In this document: positions 19,637 through 30,487 of the stretch, piece by piece
How the letters are laid out: every line of letters begins with the position of its first letter
Position numbering within the stretch: position 1 is the first letter of the stretch
From: an uncultured Verrucomicrobiae bacterium
GTDB lineage: Bacteria; Verrucomicrobiota; Verrucomicrobiia; Limisphaerales; UBA11358
Length of the DNA: 64,000 bases
Assembly (NCBI GenBank): GCA_963769285.1
Contig: CAVYLE010000010.1
Coordinates: 426,069 to 490,068 of the forward strand
Direction of reading: 5' to 3'
Notes under the pieces: generated by a model
Databases searched by the model: none
What the model was told of the DNA's origin: nothing
What the model saw: only the letters and a program-made list of their open reading frames with translations
Translations under genes and position numbers: made by a program

Positions 19637-20398
19637 ATGAAACGCTGGGCCGCACTCACTGTCCTGCTTTACACCGTCGCACTGCTGATGCTGACCGTTC
19701 CCGCCATTTGGATTGCCTTCAACAGCTGGTCGGGAAAAGGTGTCAGCCTGCCCTTTGCGCTGAGGATATACCGGCATGGGAGCTACTGGCTCTGGTTGAC
19801 CATGCTCGTCGCCGGCCAGGCGCTGCTGCTTTTGTTGCCCATCCATATCGCCGAACGCCGGCTGCCCGCACGCCGTCCGCTCAAAACACCCGTCATCGTC
19901 AGCGCGTTCTTTCTGGCGAATCTCTGCTTCGCCGGGCTGGTCTCGATTCTTTGCCTCTACTTCCAGGAGGATGGCGTTAATTTTTTCGGTTACTTCCTGC
20001 CGTTCAAGCCCAACCAGGTGTCGCCCTCCGACTTTTCAACCGGATTGGGAGCCGTCATCACCGGAATTGCTTTCTGGATAATTTGGGCCGTCATCTTTCG
20101 CGGCTTCGCCAAATCCGACGGCCCGGACGCGCTGCTCAAACGCATTGTCCGCTGGCTGCTGCGCGGCAGCATCCTCGAACTCCTCGTCGCCGTTCCCAGC
20201 CACATCATCGTCCGCCGCCGCGGCGACTGTTGCGCGCCCCTCGGCACGTTCTGGGGCATCGCCACCGGCATCTCCGTCATGCTGCTCTGCTTCGGCCCCG
20301 GCGTGTTTTTCCTGTTCGTCGAACGGTTCGGGCGGCTGAAACCAAAACCGCAGAGCGACGACAAAGATTCAGCCCCGTCAGAGGCGAAATCTTTGTAG
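19637..20398 (+). CDS. Hypothetical multi-pass membrane protein
   Basis: About six TM segments; RRRGDCCAP motif. Confidence 0.7.
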   Translation: MKRWAALTVLLYTVALLMLTVPAIWIAFNSWSGKGVSLPFALRIYRHGSYWLWLTMLVAGQALLLLLPIHIAERRLPARRPLKTPVIVSAFFLANLCFAGLVSILCLYFQEDGVNFFGYFLPFKPNQVSPSDFSTGLGAVITGIAFWIIWAVIFRGFAKSDGPDALLKRIVRWLLRGSILELLVAVPSHIIVRRRGDCCAPLGTFWGIATGISVMLLCFGPGVFFLFVERFGRLKPKPQSDDKDSAPSEAKSL

Positions 20399-20489
20399 AA
20401 AATTTCCAACATACTTTAAGCTCCAGCGGAGCGACAAACGGCAGTCAAGTTGACATGGGCATACAAATAATCTCGCAGAGTGCATTCTG

Positions 20490-20720
20490 CCCATCGTAAA
20501 GCGCCAGAGGGCTGGCGCACTCCAGGACGCTTCGCGTATTTAAGGAATCAACGTATTGCGCATGGCGTCTTGGACTGCGGCGGCCCTCCGCCGCTTTTCC
20601 CAAAGCCGCACCCAATTGTGCCAATGTTACCACAATCAACATGGAATATGCCGCTCCTGACGGAGCTTTTTATCTTGTTTGGGCAAAACTACAAAGATAC
20701 CGCGCTTACGGCGCTTAATG
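20490..20720. repeat. Palindromic repeat cluster (GACTGCGG...CCGCTTT / AAGCGCCAG...GCACTCCA family)
   Basis: Related elements at 24410-24510, 56501-56632 and 59917-60015. Confidence 0.75.
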
Positions 20721-20900
20721 CAGCGTTCTTGGACTTGAGAACTTGGATTCAAGAACGCGCTGGACAGCAACTTGAACGCGAAATACAGTCGCAACGATTA
20801 AACGAGACAGGTTATAAACTGCCGTCGCCAATTTCGCGTCATTCACACAACAAAATTTCTTTTGCTTTTACACGCCGCGCCTTAACTTGCGCAGACGCAA

Positions 20901-22388
20901 ATGGGCTTGAAACTATTCAACACACTGTCCCGCTCAATTCAGGACTTCGCGCCGCTCGACCCGGCGGGCAAAAAAGTCGGCATGTATTGCTGCGGGCCGA
21001 CCGTCTATGACTTCGCCCACATCGGCAACTGGCGCACGTTCGTTTTCGGCGACCTCGTCCGGCGCACCCTCGAATTCAAGGGCTACGCCGTCACGCACGT
21101 GATGAACATCACCGACGTCGAGGACAAAATCATCAAGCGCGTCTGCTTGTCGCGCCAAAGCGCAGCGACGGCGGAGGAATCCAAAACCTCGCTTCGCGAA
21201 TTCACCGGCAAATATGAAGCCGCGTTCTTTGAGGACTTGAAAACGCTGAATTGCCTTCTGCCCCACCACACGCCGCACGCGACGGAACACATTCCCGATA
21301 TCATTTCGCTCATCGAAAAACTCATCGCCCGCGGCATTGCCTATAAAGCCGCCGACGGCTCGGTTTATTTCAGCATCGAAAAATATCGCGGCTGCGGCTG
21401 CACCTACGGCCAGTTGCTCAAGCTCAATTTCGACGAAATGAAGACAGGCGAACGCGTCAAGAGCGATGAATACGCCAAGGAATCCGTCGCCGACTTCGCG
21501 CTCTGGAAGGCGCGCGTGCCAGAGGACGGCGACGTTTTCTGGCCCAGCCCGTTCGGCGAAGGCCGCCCCGGCTGGCACATCGAGTGCAGCGCCATGAGCA
21601 CAAAAATTCTCGGCCCGAGCTTTGATTTGCATCTGGGCGGCGAGGACCTGATTTTTCCGCATCACGAGGACGAAATCGCCCAAAGCGAAGGCGCGACCGG
21701 AAAACCGTTCGTCAAACACTGGTTGCACGGCGCGCATTTGCTGGTTGAGGGCAAAAAAATGAGCAAATCGCTCGGCAATTTTTTCACGCTGCGCGATTTG
21801 CTGGCGAAAGGTTTCACCGGCCGCGAAATTCGTTATTCGCTGTTCACCGCGCATTACCGCGAGACGTTCAACTTCACGCTCGAAGGTCTGTCGAGCGCGC
21901 GCGCGGCGCTGGCGCGAATTGACGAATGCGTTAGCAAGCTGCGCGAAGCGGCCGGAGCGCCGGGCACCGCCCCGGCCAGTTCCAAGGTTAACACCGGGCA
22001 ACAACCTGCCGAGACAGTGCTCGGCGCTCCAAATGATCTGGTCGCGCGCTTCACCGGTGCCCTCGACGATGATTTGAACATTTCCGCCGCTTGGGCTGCT
22101 GTGTTTGAATGGGTGCGCGAAACCAATCGCCGGCTGGCCGAAAACTCTCTCGGCACAACCGACGCCGCCTTCGCGCTGGCCGCGTGGGATAAGGTTGATT
22201 CCGTCCTCGGTATCGGCACAAAATCAGACGCGGAAATTACCGCTGAAATTATGGCGCTGGCCGAAGCGCGGACCGCCGCGAAGAAAGCGAAGGATTTCAA
22301 ACGCGCCGACGCCATCCGCGATGAATTGAAGGCCAAAGGCTGGGTCATCGAAGACACGGCGAAAGGGCCAAAGCTGAAAAAGATTTGA
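20901..22388 (+). CDS. cysS: Cysteine--tRNA ligase with two in-frame repeat-derived insertions
   Basis: [23 protein letters not shown] and KMSKS. Confidence 0.97.
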   Translation: MGLKLFNTLSRSIQDFAPLDPAGKKVGMYCCGPTVYDFAHIGNWRTFVFGDLVRRTLEFKGYAVTHVMNITDVEDKIIKRVCLSRQSAATAEESKTSLREFTGKYEAAFFEDLKTLNCLLPHHTPHATEHIPDIISLIEKLIARGIAYKAADGSVYFSIEKYRGCGCTYGQLLKLNFDEMKTGERVKSDEYAKESVADFALWKARVPEDGDVFWPSPFGEGRPGWHIECSAMSTKILGPSFDLHLGGEDLIFPHHEDEIAQSEGATGKPFVKHWLHGAHLLVEGKKMSKSLGNFFTLRDLLAKGFTGREIRYSLFTAHYRETFNFTLEGLSSARAALARIDECVSKLREAAGAPGTAPASSKVNTGQQPAETVLGAPNDLVARFTGALDDDLNISAAWAAVFEWVRETNRRLAENSLGTTDAAFALAAWDKVDSVLGIGTKSDAEITAEIMALAEARTAAKKAKDFKRADAIRDELKAKGWVIEDTAKGPKLKKI

Positions 22389-22398
22389 TCCAGTGGGA

Positions 22399-22476
22399 AA
22401 ACATTCAACATTCAACGCCGAACTTCCAACATCGAATGTTGGGAAAAAATGGATGTTGAATGTTGAGCGTTGAATG
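22399..22476. repeat. Heptamer (TTCAACA)n inverted pair
   Basis: acattcaacattcaacg ... tgttgaatgttgagcgttgaatgt; the same unit occurs at 8346-8400. Confidence 0.75.
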
Positions 22477-22490
22477 TTTCCAATTCTTAC

Positions 22491-23144
22491 ATGAAAAGCC
22501 TGTTCATCACCTTTGAAGGCACGGAAGGTTGCGGCAAATCCACGCAGATCGAGCTGCTGGCCGAACGGCTGCGCGCCCTGGGACATCGCGTGCGCGTGTT
22601 GCGCGAACCGGGTGGCACCCCCATTGGCGAGGAAATCCGCCACACGCTCAAGCACAGCAAGGTGAACGAGACCATGACCCATGAAACCGAATTGCTTTTG
22701 ATGAATGCCAGCCGGGCGCAACTCGTCCGCGAAACCATCCGCCCCGCCCTGGCCGCCGGCGAAATTGTTTTGTGCGACCGCTTTTACGATTCGACGACGG
22801 CGTATCAGGGATACGGACGCGGATTGGATTTGGCGCTGGTCAAGAGCGTGATTGATTTTGCCGTCGGCGACACGCGACCGGACCTGACCCTGCTGCTGCA
22901 CGTGCCGTCGGAAGTCAGCGCCGAACGCCTGCAGTCGCGTCAATCCACCCTGCCCTTTGTCCGCGACCGGATTGAGGAGGGGGACAGATATTTCTTTGAG
23001 CGCGTGGCCCGGGGTTACGAGGCCATCGCCGCCGCCGAACCGGACCGTGTGCGCGTGCTGAGCGGCACGGGTGCAGTTGAAGTGGTCTGCGAAAACATCT
23101 GGGAACTCGTCCGGCCAATTTTACCGCCCGTCGGACGGTGGTGA
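22491..23144 (+). CDS. tmk: dTMP kinase
   Basis: FITFEGTEGCGKST, REPGGT and DRFYDSTTAYQG. Confidence 0.96.
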   Translation: MKSLFITFEGTEGCGKSTQIELLAERLRALGHRVRVLREPGGTPIGEEIRHTLKHSKVNETMTHETELLLMNASRAQLVRETIRPALAAGEIVLCDRFYDSTTAYQGYGRGLDLALVKSVIDFAVGDTRPDLTLLLHVPSEVSAERLQSRQSTLPFVRDRIEEGDRYFFERVARGYEAIAAAEPDRVRVLSGTGAVEVVCENIWELVRPILPPVGRW

Positions 23145-23191
23145 ATATCACGGTTTGGAGTTCCGGCTTCAGCTGGTTTTCCCGAAATGTG

Positions 23192-23270
23192 GGTGGGGCG
23201 AGGCTACTGACGAGCCGTTGTTGTACGCTTGAATGTGCTGAAGCCGGCTCGCGAGTACGCTCGCCCCACC
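23192..23270. repeat. Palindromic element (GGTGGGGCGAG...CTCGCCCCACC family)
   Basis: Also at 29118-29194, 41583-41663 and 59801-59850. Confidence 0.8.
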
Positions 23271-23341
23271 ACATCATTCACCGGTGAAGTTTCTGTGCTC
23301 TTGCCGAATTCGCGGCAAGGGTTAATCTTGGGACGGAAACC

Positions 23342-23674
23342 ATGATCGAAAAAACCATTGGCGAAATTGAGGCGAAAATCCGCGGCACGGACGCCGTGAA
23401 CGAAGAGCGCAAACGGGAATTGCTCCAATTGCTCGGCACGCTCAAGTCCGAGGTCGGCACGCTGGCGAAAACGCACGATGAACAGGCCAAAAGCATCGCG
23501 GGCTTCGCGCAGGTTTCCGCGCACGAAGCCACGCGCACAAAGCAAAATCCGCAATCACTTCACCATTCGCTTCAGGGTTTGCGCTCATCGGTGGCCGGCT
23601 TCGAGAAATCGAATCCCCGGCTCGTCCAAATCGTCAATGCCATCAGCAATATCCTGTCAAATTTGGGGATTTAG
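23342..23674 (+). CDS. DUF4404 family protein
   Basis: C-terminal FEKSNPRLVQIVNAISNILSNLGI. Confidence 0.75.
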   Translation: MIEKTIGEIEAKIRGTDAVNEERKRELLQLLGTLKSEVGTLAKTHDEQAKSIAGFAQVSAHEATRTKQNPQSLHHSLQGLRSSVAGFEKSNPRLVQIVNAISNILSNLGI

Positions 23675-23758
23675 GCCGAATTTATGATCTATGATTTATG
23701 ATTGATGATTGTTACGGCGTCTGCCGAATCACTATACAAATCATAAATCATAAATGAT

Positions 23759-24397
23759 TTAATCCTCCCTCGGCTCCAGCTTTGCAATCGCCGCCATGAT
23801 TTCGTTGGCGATTTCCTGGTAGATTTCCTTGAGCCGCGCCTTGGAACAATTTTTTGCCTCGGCCCGCAATTGGTCAAACTTCATCGGCCGGCCATATTTT
23901 ACGGCCACCGGTTTTGGCCGGGGAACCCTGACGTGCCGTCCATAAGCCTCGAACGTTCCAAAGGTTCGCACCGGAATCACAATGGCATCCGATTTGATGA
24001 CCGTCAGCCCGATGCCCGAGCGCGCGGGTTGCAACCGCCCATCGCGCGTCCGCGTGCCTTCGGGAAACAAAATAATCGCGCCGCCGGCGAGCAACCGGCC
24101 GAGAATGGCTTTCAATCCCGCCGCGCCGCCACCGTCGCGGTCCACCGGTACGGCCTGCCACGAACGCAACAATGCGCCCATCCCGGGAAACCGGAACAAA
24201 CTTTCGCGGGCCAGATAGTTGATGCCCCGATGCAGGCCGGACCCGACCAGCGGCGGATCCAGAAAGCTCGCGTGGTTGGAGGCCAGAATGACCGCGCCGG
24301 TCAACGGCACCCGCTCCGCATTGAACACGCGCCAGCGGAAATAAAACCGGTACAGCGCGCGAAAACCGATCCAGGCGAAGCGATAGGACAGGTTCAT
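23759..24397 (-). CDS. plsC: 1-acyl-sn-glycerol-3-phosphate acyltransferase
   Basis: NHASFLD and FPEGTR; start MNLSY at 24397. Confidence 0.9.
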   Translation of the reverse strand: MNLSYRFAWIGFRALYRFYFRWRVFNAERVPLTGAVILASNHASFLDPPLVGSGLHRGINYLARESLFRFPGMGALLRSWQAVPVDRDGGGAAGLKAILGRLLAGGAIILFPEGTRTRDGRLQPARSGIGLTVIKSDAIVIPVRTFGTFEAYGRHVRVPRPKPVAVKYGRPMKFDQLRAEAKNCSKARLKEIYQEIANEIMAAIAKLEPRED

Positions 24398-24584
24398 GCG
24401 GACAATGAAAAGCGGTGGAGGGCCACCGCAGTCCAAGACGCTGCCGCGAATTTTGATTGAACGAGAACAACGCGAAGCGTCTTGGAGTGCGCCAGCCCCC
24501 TGGCGCTGTTTGGCCCACACCTCAAAGAATCTGCCGGCAAGTGCTTGAGATCTTGGAATTCTTCAGTCATGGGGCAAACGTTCC

Positions 24585-25235
24585 TCATTTCACCGCCGCC
24601 AGCCGGCGGCGGATCTCCGCCAGAATCAAACCGCTCGTCTGTTCGGACGTCATGCTCGAATTATTAATGACCTTGGCGCCCAGCCCGATCATCAACGGCG
24701 CCGTTGCCCGCTGGCTGTCGCGCTGGTCGCGCGCCGCGAGATTTTCCCGGACCCCGTCGGCGGCGCGGCGGCGCGAGCGTTCCTCCAGCTTTGCGTCGAG
24801 ATAAAATTTGAAATCGGTTTCGGGAAAAACATTCGTCCCGATGTCGCGTCCTTCCATCACCAGATTGCCGAACTGGATGCACTCGCGCTGGCGTTTGACC
24901 ATCCATTTGCGCACCTGGGAAATTGCCGCAACGTGCGGCACGGCGGCGCTGGTTTCATCGCTGCGGACTTCCTTTTCGGGATAATAACCGTCCACGAGCA
25001 GCCGCACGCGGCCATCCACGCACACCAGCGACGTTTTCCATTTGCGGCAGGCGGCGGCGACGGCTTTGGCGTCGTGCACATCAATCCGCTTCCGCAGGCA
25101 ATGCCACGCCAGCGTGCGGTACATCGCGCCGGTGTCCACATAAACATAGCCAAGCGCTTTGGCCACGAGCTTGGCGTTCGTGCTCTTGCCGCTCGCACTC
25201 GTGCCGTCAATCGCGATGATAATCGGTTGTTTCAA
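24585..25235 (-). CDS. cmk: Cytidylate kinase
   Basis: IAIDGTSASGKST, VDTGAMYR and EGRDIGT. Confidence 0.95.
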   Translation of the reverse strand: MKQPIIIAIDGTSASGKSTNAKLVAKALGYVYVDTGAMYRTLAWHCLRKRIDVHDAKAVAAACRKWKTSLVCVDGRVRLLVDGYYPEKEVRSDETSAAVPHVAAISQVRKWMVKRQRECIQFGNLVMEGRDIGTNVFPETDFKFYLDAKLEERSRRRAADGVRENLAARDQRDSQRATAPLMIGLGAKVINNSSMTSEQTSGLILAEIRRRLAAVK

Positions 25236-25319
25236 TTTGGTTCTCCAGTGGCCGCGTCTCGTAAGAGCGCGGCAATATAAATTCTTTGGTCAGCCGCGTT
25301 CTCACGAACGCAGCCACAG

Positions 25320-26729
25320 TCAATCCGCAAATAATTCCTCTTCTTTCAGCTTCCGCCCTGTCTTCACATCCAGAATGGTCGCGCCCAGCCCTTTCGGCGG
25401 CGGCGCGGCCAGCTTCTGGAAAAAATTCGGAAACGTCTTCTTCACGCACGCGGGATTCTTGATTTTGATGCCCGGCACTTTCAATCCCAAAACCGCAAAA
25501 CACATCGCCATGCGATGGTCATTATAAGTCTCAATCTCCGCGCCGTGAAGCTTCGACGGATAAACCGTCAGCGTATCGCCCTCCTCCACCACCTTCGCGC
25601 CGCACCTGGTTAGCTCCGTCCGCAACGCCACCACGCGCTCGGTTTCCTGAACGCGGAGACGGCCAAGGTCGGTGAATTTTGTTGGGGATTTACCAAATGG
25701 AGCAACCATTATTGCGGTCATAATGCTATCTCCAAGACTTTTCTCGCGAGATACGAGCTTAGACATTTGCCACATTGGAAACCGTTCATCTATCTGCCAA
25801 GTTGAAGCTGGCCAGCTTAAGACACGCACTACAAACCAAGTGGTTTTGTAGAGAAGATTCAAGTCCATCGGTTGTTGCGGGCCAACCGGCAGCGAATTCA
25901 ACCGTGGTTTCCACGTTGACAACCAGTCAAACATCAACACCGCCCAAAAATAACTCCCGCTCGACGCATCCGGCTCGATTTTAAATTTCCCACCACGATG
26001 GGGAAATACTTCAATCAGCTTTGATGTCATCGCCACATAAGGCGATTCTTCCGCGTTCTCGCCGATAATTTTAACCTTCCAGCCGCCACGTTTTTCGCAG
26101 AGCAGCAGCGCCGACGCAAACTGCGAGCTTTCCTCGATGCTGACTTTTACTTTGCTCGTAGGAGACGACGTAAGGAGTCTCTGACTTTCTTTTGAAGAAT
26201 GAGTCTCGTCACCTTGACTCCTACTACCACCGCCAAAAATGGTCGCCGGCAATTTATCATTCGGCGAATCCACGCGATAACCCAGCTCGCGCAGCGCCTG
26301 GAACAACGCCGCCTGCGGACGCTCGTGCATCCGCGGCACGCCGTGCAACCGGTAAACGCCCTTGCCCAGACACACCAACGCAGCCAGAAACCGCGCCGCC
26401 GTGCCCGCGTTGCCCACAAACAGTTCCAGCGGATTTTCCATCGTGCCACCGCCGGGGACTTTTCCGCCTTGCCCATAAACCGTGATGGTGCGATTGCAAA
26501 TTTCGTCCGGGTCGGGCGCGACATTCACCATGAAGCCAAGTTCCTGCAAACACTCGACCATGATTTGCGTGTCCTCGCTCCACAGCGCGCCTTGGAGGGT
26601 CACTTCGCCGTCCGCCAGCGCCGCGAGAATGAGAGCGCGGTTGGTAATGCTCTTCGACCCCGGCACGGTAATTTCCGCACGCACCGGTTTGTCCAGCGGT
26701 ACGATTTCGATCAAATCAGGTAGAGCCAT
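25320..26729 (-). CDS. aroA: 3-phosphoshikimate 1-carboxyvinyltransferase (EPSP synthase)
   Basis: PGSKSITNR, GNAGTAARF, SSQF, RVQETER and DHRMAM. Confidence 0.93.
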   Translation of the reverse strand: MALPDLIEIVPLDKPVRAEITVPGSKSITNRALILAALADGEVTLQGALWSEDTQIMVECLQELGFMVNVAPDPDEICNRTITVYGQGGKVPGGGTMENPLELFVGNAGTAARFLAALVCLGKGVYRLHGVPRMHERPQAALFQALRELGYRVDSPNDKLPATIFGGGSRSQGDETHSSKESQRLLTSSPTSKVKVSIEESSQFASALLLCEKRGGWKVKIIGENAEESPYVAMTSKLIEVFPHRGGKFKIEPDASSGSYFWAVLMFDWLSTWKPRLNSLPVGPQQPMDLNLLYKTTWFVVRVLSWPASTWQIDERFPMWQMSKLVSREKSLGDSIMTAIMVAPFGKSPTKFTDLGRLRVQETERVVALRTELTRCGAKVVEEGDTLTVYPSKLHGAEIETYNDHRMAMCFAVLGLKVPGIKIKNPACVKKTFPNFFQKLAAPPPKGLGATILDVKTGRKLKEEELFAD

Positions 26730-26900
26730 TTTAACCACGGATGGATACGGATGGACACGGATCGGTAGGGCGGGCAGTCCCCTGCCCGCCGTTCGTACGA
26801 ACACAAGCTGCGGCGCGCACGGAGTGACGCGCCCTACCTGTAAACAAGCTGCCGTTTCTGTTTTCCAATCCGTGTTTATCCGTGTTCATCCGTGGTTGAT

Positions 26901-27785
26901 TCATTCGGGTGATGGTGAAGCGCAGCCGGCGCACCAGTTGTCCCGGCGTTTTTTGGCCGTTTCAAAAAATTTCGCCAGGGCCTCCGCGTCGGCTTTTTTC
27001 AGCACGCGCCGGAATTTTTGCAAATCGGCGATGAAAGCATCCAGCGACTTCGCCAGATTCCTGCGATTGGCCAGGGCGATGTCGCGCCACATTTCGGGCG
27101 AGCCGGACGCGATGCGCGTCGTGTCGCGAAAACCGTTCGCACACAGCGCGGCCTGATGTCTGGGATGCGCCGGATTCAAAACATGGCTGGCCAAAGTCGC
27201 CGCAACCACGTGCGGCAGATGGCTTGACCGGCTGACGAGAACATCATGGACCTCCGGCTTCAATTCCAGCACACATGAACCAACGGCATTCCAAAACTGT
27301 TTTACCTTCTTCAGCGCCGCCCGGTTTGTTTTCCTCGTGGGCGTGACCACACAAACGGTTTGCTCGAACAAATCCGCGCGCGCGGCGCTGACGCCGGTTT
27401 TTTCCGCGCCGGCCATCGGATGACTGCCGACAAAATGCGCGCCCGCTTTGGCCACCAGCGATTCGAGTTCGCGCACGACGCTGGCTTTCACGCTGCCGAC
27501 GTCGGTGACCATGGCGCCGCGCTTCAAGGCCGGGAGCATTTCCCGGACGCGCAAACGCATTTGCGACAACGGAGTGCACAGGATGACGAGGTCGGCATCC
27601 CATACCGCCGCCAGCAAATCGGTGGTGGCGAAATCAGTTGCCCCCGCCCGCTCACAGTCTTTCAGGCTGGCGGCACGGCGGACGAAGCCCGCGGTCTGGC
27701 GCGCGAGTTTCCGGCGTCGGACGGCCAGTCCGATGGAACCGCCGAGCAGGCCGACGCCGATGATGGTGATCTTCCGGAAATGCAC
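26901..27785 (-). CDS. tyrA: Prephenate dehydrogenase
   Basis: GVGLLGGS, DVGSVK, HPMAG, SHLPH and FRDTTRIA. Confidence 0.93.
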   Translation of the reverse strand: MHFRKITIIGVGLLGGSIGLAVRRRKLARQTAGFVRRAASLKDCERAGATDFATTDLLAAVWDADLVILCTPLSQMRLRVREMLPALKRGAMVTDVGSVKASVVRELESLVAKAGAHFVGSHPMAGAEKTGVSAARADLFEQTVCVVTPTRKTNRAALKKVKQFWNAVGSCVLELKPEVHDVLVSRSSHLPHVVAATLASHVLNPAHPRHQAALCANGFRDTTRIASGSPEMWRDIALANRRNLAKSLDAFIADLQKFRRVLKKADAEALAKFFETAKKRRDNWCAGCASPSPE

Positions 27786-27900
27786 GGCGGAAGCATAGAG
27801 GATGGAGGCTGGCGGATGGAAGATGGAAATGTTTCAAACCACGAAATACACGAACCACACGAAACGGTTTCTTTCGTGTCATTTAGTGTATTTCGTGGTT

Positions 27901-28986
27901 TCAGAAAGTTCTTACCGGCTTTCCAGCTTCCTGCGCCGACTCGAAGCACGCATCCATCACCTGCTGCGTTTTCAGCGTCCACATCGGCCAGTCGTCGTTG
28001 AGTTTGCCCGAGAACACCTGGTTGGCGAAGTTGCGGAACATCCTGGTGTCCTGCGCCGTCGGATGGCCTTGGATCGCGGAGTCCACGCCGGGCGGACATT
28101 TTGCCCCTCCGTCCGCAACGCGAATTTCGTTCCGGTTGACCTCAAAGGCCGGTTCGTAACTGTCAAAGGGGTGGACGAAATCAGGCAGATGCAACCAGCC
28201 ATTCATGCCGCCGATATTGACCCATTGCTGCAACGACGCCACGAATGAACAGTAAAAACCCATGGACACGTTGCCGTCGAAAATCAGTTCGCTGGAAAAT
28301 TCCGTGGGCGTAGGCATACGCCCGTTCACAGCAGTGGATTGCGACAGGATGCGGCCGGTGACTTCGCGGGGCAGTTGCCAGTTCATCGTCCACAGCGCAA
28401 ACCGGATGCTGTACCAGCCGAGGTCGCCCAGGCAGCCGGTCGGTTCCAGCCGGCCGTCCACCCGGATGTTGTCGCGGAAAAATTCGTCACCGAAGTAAAA
28501 ACTGAAGCCGGAGGAAATCCGCCGCACCGGGCCAATGCTTTTGCCATCGTCGAGCACTTCCCGGACGCGCGCCAGGCGCGGGCTGTGCATGAACATGACG
28601 CCGTCCATGAATTGCACGCGGCTTTTTTTGCAGGCCCCGGTCATTTCCCGAACGTCGGCAAAACTGACGCCGCAGGGTTTTTCGCAAATGACGTGCTTGC
28701 CTGCTGCCGCCGCGCGCAGGACCCATTCCTTGCGCAAGCCGGTCGGCAGCGGAAGGTAAATCGCATCCACATTTTTGGACGCGATCAATTCCTCGTAACT
28801 GCCGAAAGGTGCCGGCGGAGTTTCAAACGGCGTTTCCCGCTGGCACTCCGCGATGAATTGGCGGCTGCGCTTCACATCGCGGCTGGCCACGGCGGTGACG
28901 ACGCAATTGCCGGAACTGCAAATTGCCTTCCAGTTTTTCCGGGCGATGCCCGCTGTGCTTAATATTCCAATTCGTAGTTTGTTCAT
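27901..28986 (-). CDS. Gfo/Idh/MocA oxidoreductase
   Basis: LRIGILSTAGIA, HVICEKP and GCLGDLGWY. Confidence 0.9.
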   Translation of the reverse strand: MNKLRIGILSTAGIARKNWKAICSSGNCVVTAVASRDVKRSRQFIAECQRETPFETPPAPFGSYEELIASKNVDAIYLPLPTGLRKEWVLRAAAAGKHVICEKPCGVSFADVREMTGACKKSRVQFMDGVMFMHSPRLARVREVLDDGKSIGPVRRISSGFSFYFGDEFFRDNIRVDGRLEPTGCLGDLGWYSIRFALWTMNWQLPREVTGRILSQSTAVNGRMPTPTEFSSELIFDGNVSMGFYCSFVASLQQWVNIGGMNGWLHLPDFVHPFDSYEPAFEVNRNEIRVADGGAKCPPGVDSAIQGHPTAQDTRMFRNFANQVFSGKLNDDWPMWTLKTQQVMDACFESAQEAGKPVRTF

Positions 28987-29288
28987 AAAATTTTTGCTGC
29001 TTCACGCACACTTTTCAGAATCACAAGAACCGTTATCGTTCACACGAGAAGGTTGGCGCAACGAACCGCCATCGGCAAGCCTCGCTTCGGAACCGGCTAT
29101 TGGTAGCTGGTTGGTTTGGTGGGGCGAGCGTACTCGCGAGCCGGAAACCGAATGAAAAATGACATATCCCGGCTCGCCGGGAGTCTCGCCCCACCAGTCG
29201 CTGTGAAATCGATCCGCTACCTTTATTTGAAACCTTTTGACACCACGACCGTTCTGAGTTCAAATTGTCCGGGAAACCAACTGAACCC

Positions 29289-29708
29289 ATGAAAATAACG
29301 AATTCGACCAAACTCACCATTGCATTGGCGGCCATCTTCGGGTCGGTGTTGGCCGCCGTTGCCGCCGATACTGCTCAACTGCCGCCCGCTTCAACGAAAA
29401 CCGGCGTGACTTTTGCCGCCGACATCAAACCCGTTTTCGATGTCTCCTGCATCAAGTGCCACAGCGGCGACAAGCCGAAGGCCCACCTGAAGCTCGACAC
29501 GCTGGATGGTGTGCTCAAAGGCACGAAGGACGGCAAGATCGTGACAGCCGGCGACAGCGCCAAGAGCCTGCTCATCCAGAGCGTTGCCCATCTCACCGCC
29601 GACCACGATACCTGGATGCCGCCGTTGCACAACAAGGCGAACATCGGCCCGCTCACGCCCGCGCAAATCGGTCTGATCCGCGCGTGGATTGACCAGGGAG
29701 CCAAGTGA
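29289..29708 (+). CDS. Planctomycete-type monoheme cytochrome c
   Basis: Signal peptide; IKPVF..SCIKCH, WMPP and IRAWIDQGA. Confidence 0.9.
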   Translation: MKITNSTKLTIALAAIFGSVLAAVAADTAQLPPASTKTGVTFAADIKPVFDVSCIKCHSGDKPKAHLKLDTLDGVLKGTKDGKIVTAGDSAKSLLIQSVAHLTADHDTWMPPLHNKANIGPLTPAQIGLIRAWIDQGAK

Positions 29709-29821
29709 ATTGGCCGCCAAGAAGCTCAAAAGGCACAAAACTTTAATTCACGGGCCGGACCCAAACGGTAGGGCGCGTCACTCCGTGCGCGCCGTGCTTC
29801 TGTGCCACGCCACCCGTCACT

Positions 29822-30220
29822 TCATTCGTTGCAACGATCCGGCAGGTCGCAACCAGTGCTGTAAGAAGCCGGAAGCCGGGCAAAAAGCTGAGGGCTGCGT
29901 CTCCGAATCATTGCGGCCAGCCAGTGACGGGTGAAAATCCACAGCCAATCACGACCCGTGCTGCCTTGGCCGCGGATTTTTCGGCGGAAACGCGGATTGT
30001 GGTGGTAAATCACGTCCGCCCGGATGGCGAGCCGGCGAATCCATTCGCGCGGCAACTCTTCATCCAACCACGCGCACGCCTCGGCCCAAACACTCACGGC
30101 AACCGCGCGCGGGACGATGGGTGTGTCAGCTTCAATTTGCACACGGCGCTTCCGTCCGCGCCCGGGATGCACGCAGCCCGGCATCGCTGCCGATGTTCCC
30201 AAATCAAATAGTAATCCCAT
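29822..30220 (-). CDS. Hypothetical protein
   Basis: Trp-rich, protein-like ORF (EADTPIV...RHWLAAM); start uncertain. Confidence 0.55.
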   Translation of the reverse strand: MGLLFDLGTSAAMPGCVHPGRGRKRRVQIEADTPIVPRAVAVSVWAEACAWLDEELPREWIRRLAIRADVIYHHNPRFRRKIRGQGSTGRDWLWIFTRHWLAAMIRRRSPQLFARLPASYSTGCDLPDRCNE

Positions 30221-30487
30221 AACGCCCGTGATTCTGACTGACCGGGTGGGACAAATGCCGTCCCAGCAAAACTTTCCATGGCGCAATGGCAGCCTCGGAG
30301 AGGCGGAAGAAAATAGCCCACGGCGCGAGCCGTGGGTTTACGGATTGAAGGAAACAAGCCCCGGCAGGGGCGAAAGAATTTTTCACATCGGTCCTGTCTG
30401 CCGTCCCTACCGGGGCTTGGATGGTTTTTGTGGACTTGAACCCACGGTTAAAACCGTGGGCTATTATCGGACGCTGCTCCGCAGCGT

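Noticed and set aside
20480-21010. 176-aa ORF upstream of cysS
   Set aside because: Mostly translated palindromic repeats, and it overlaps the cysS start.
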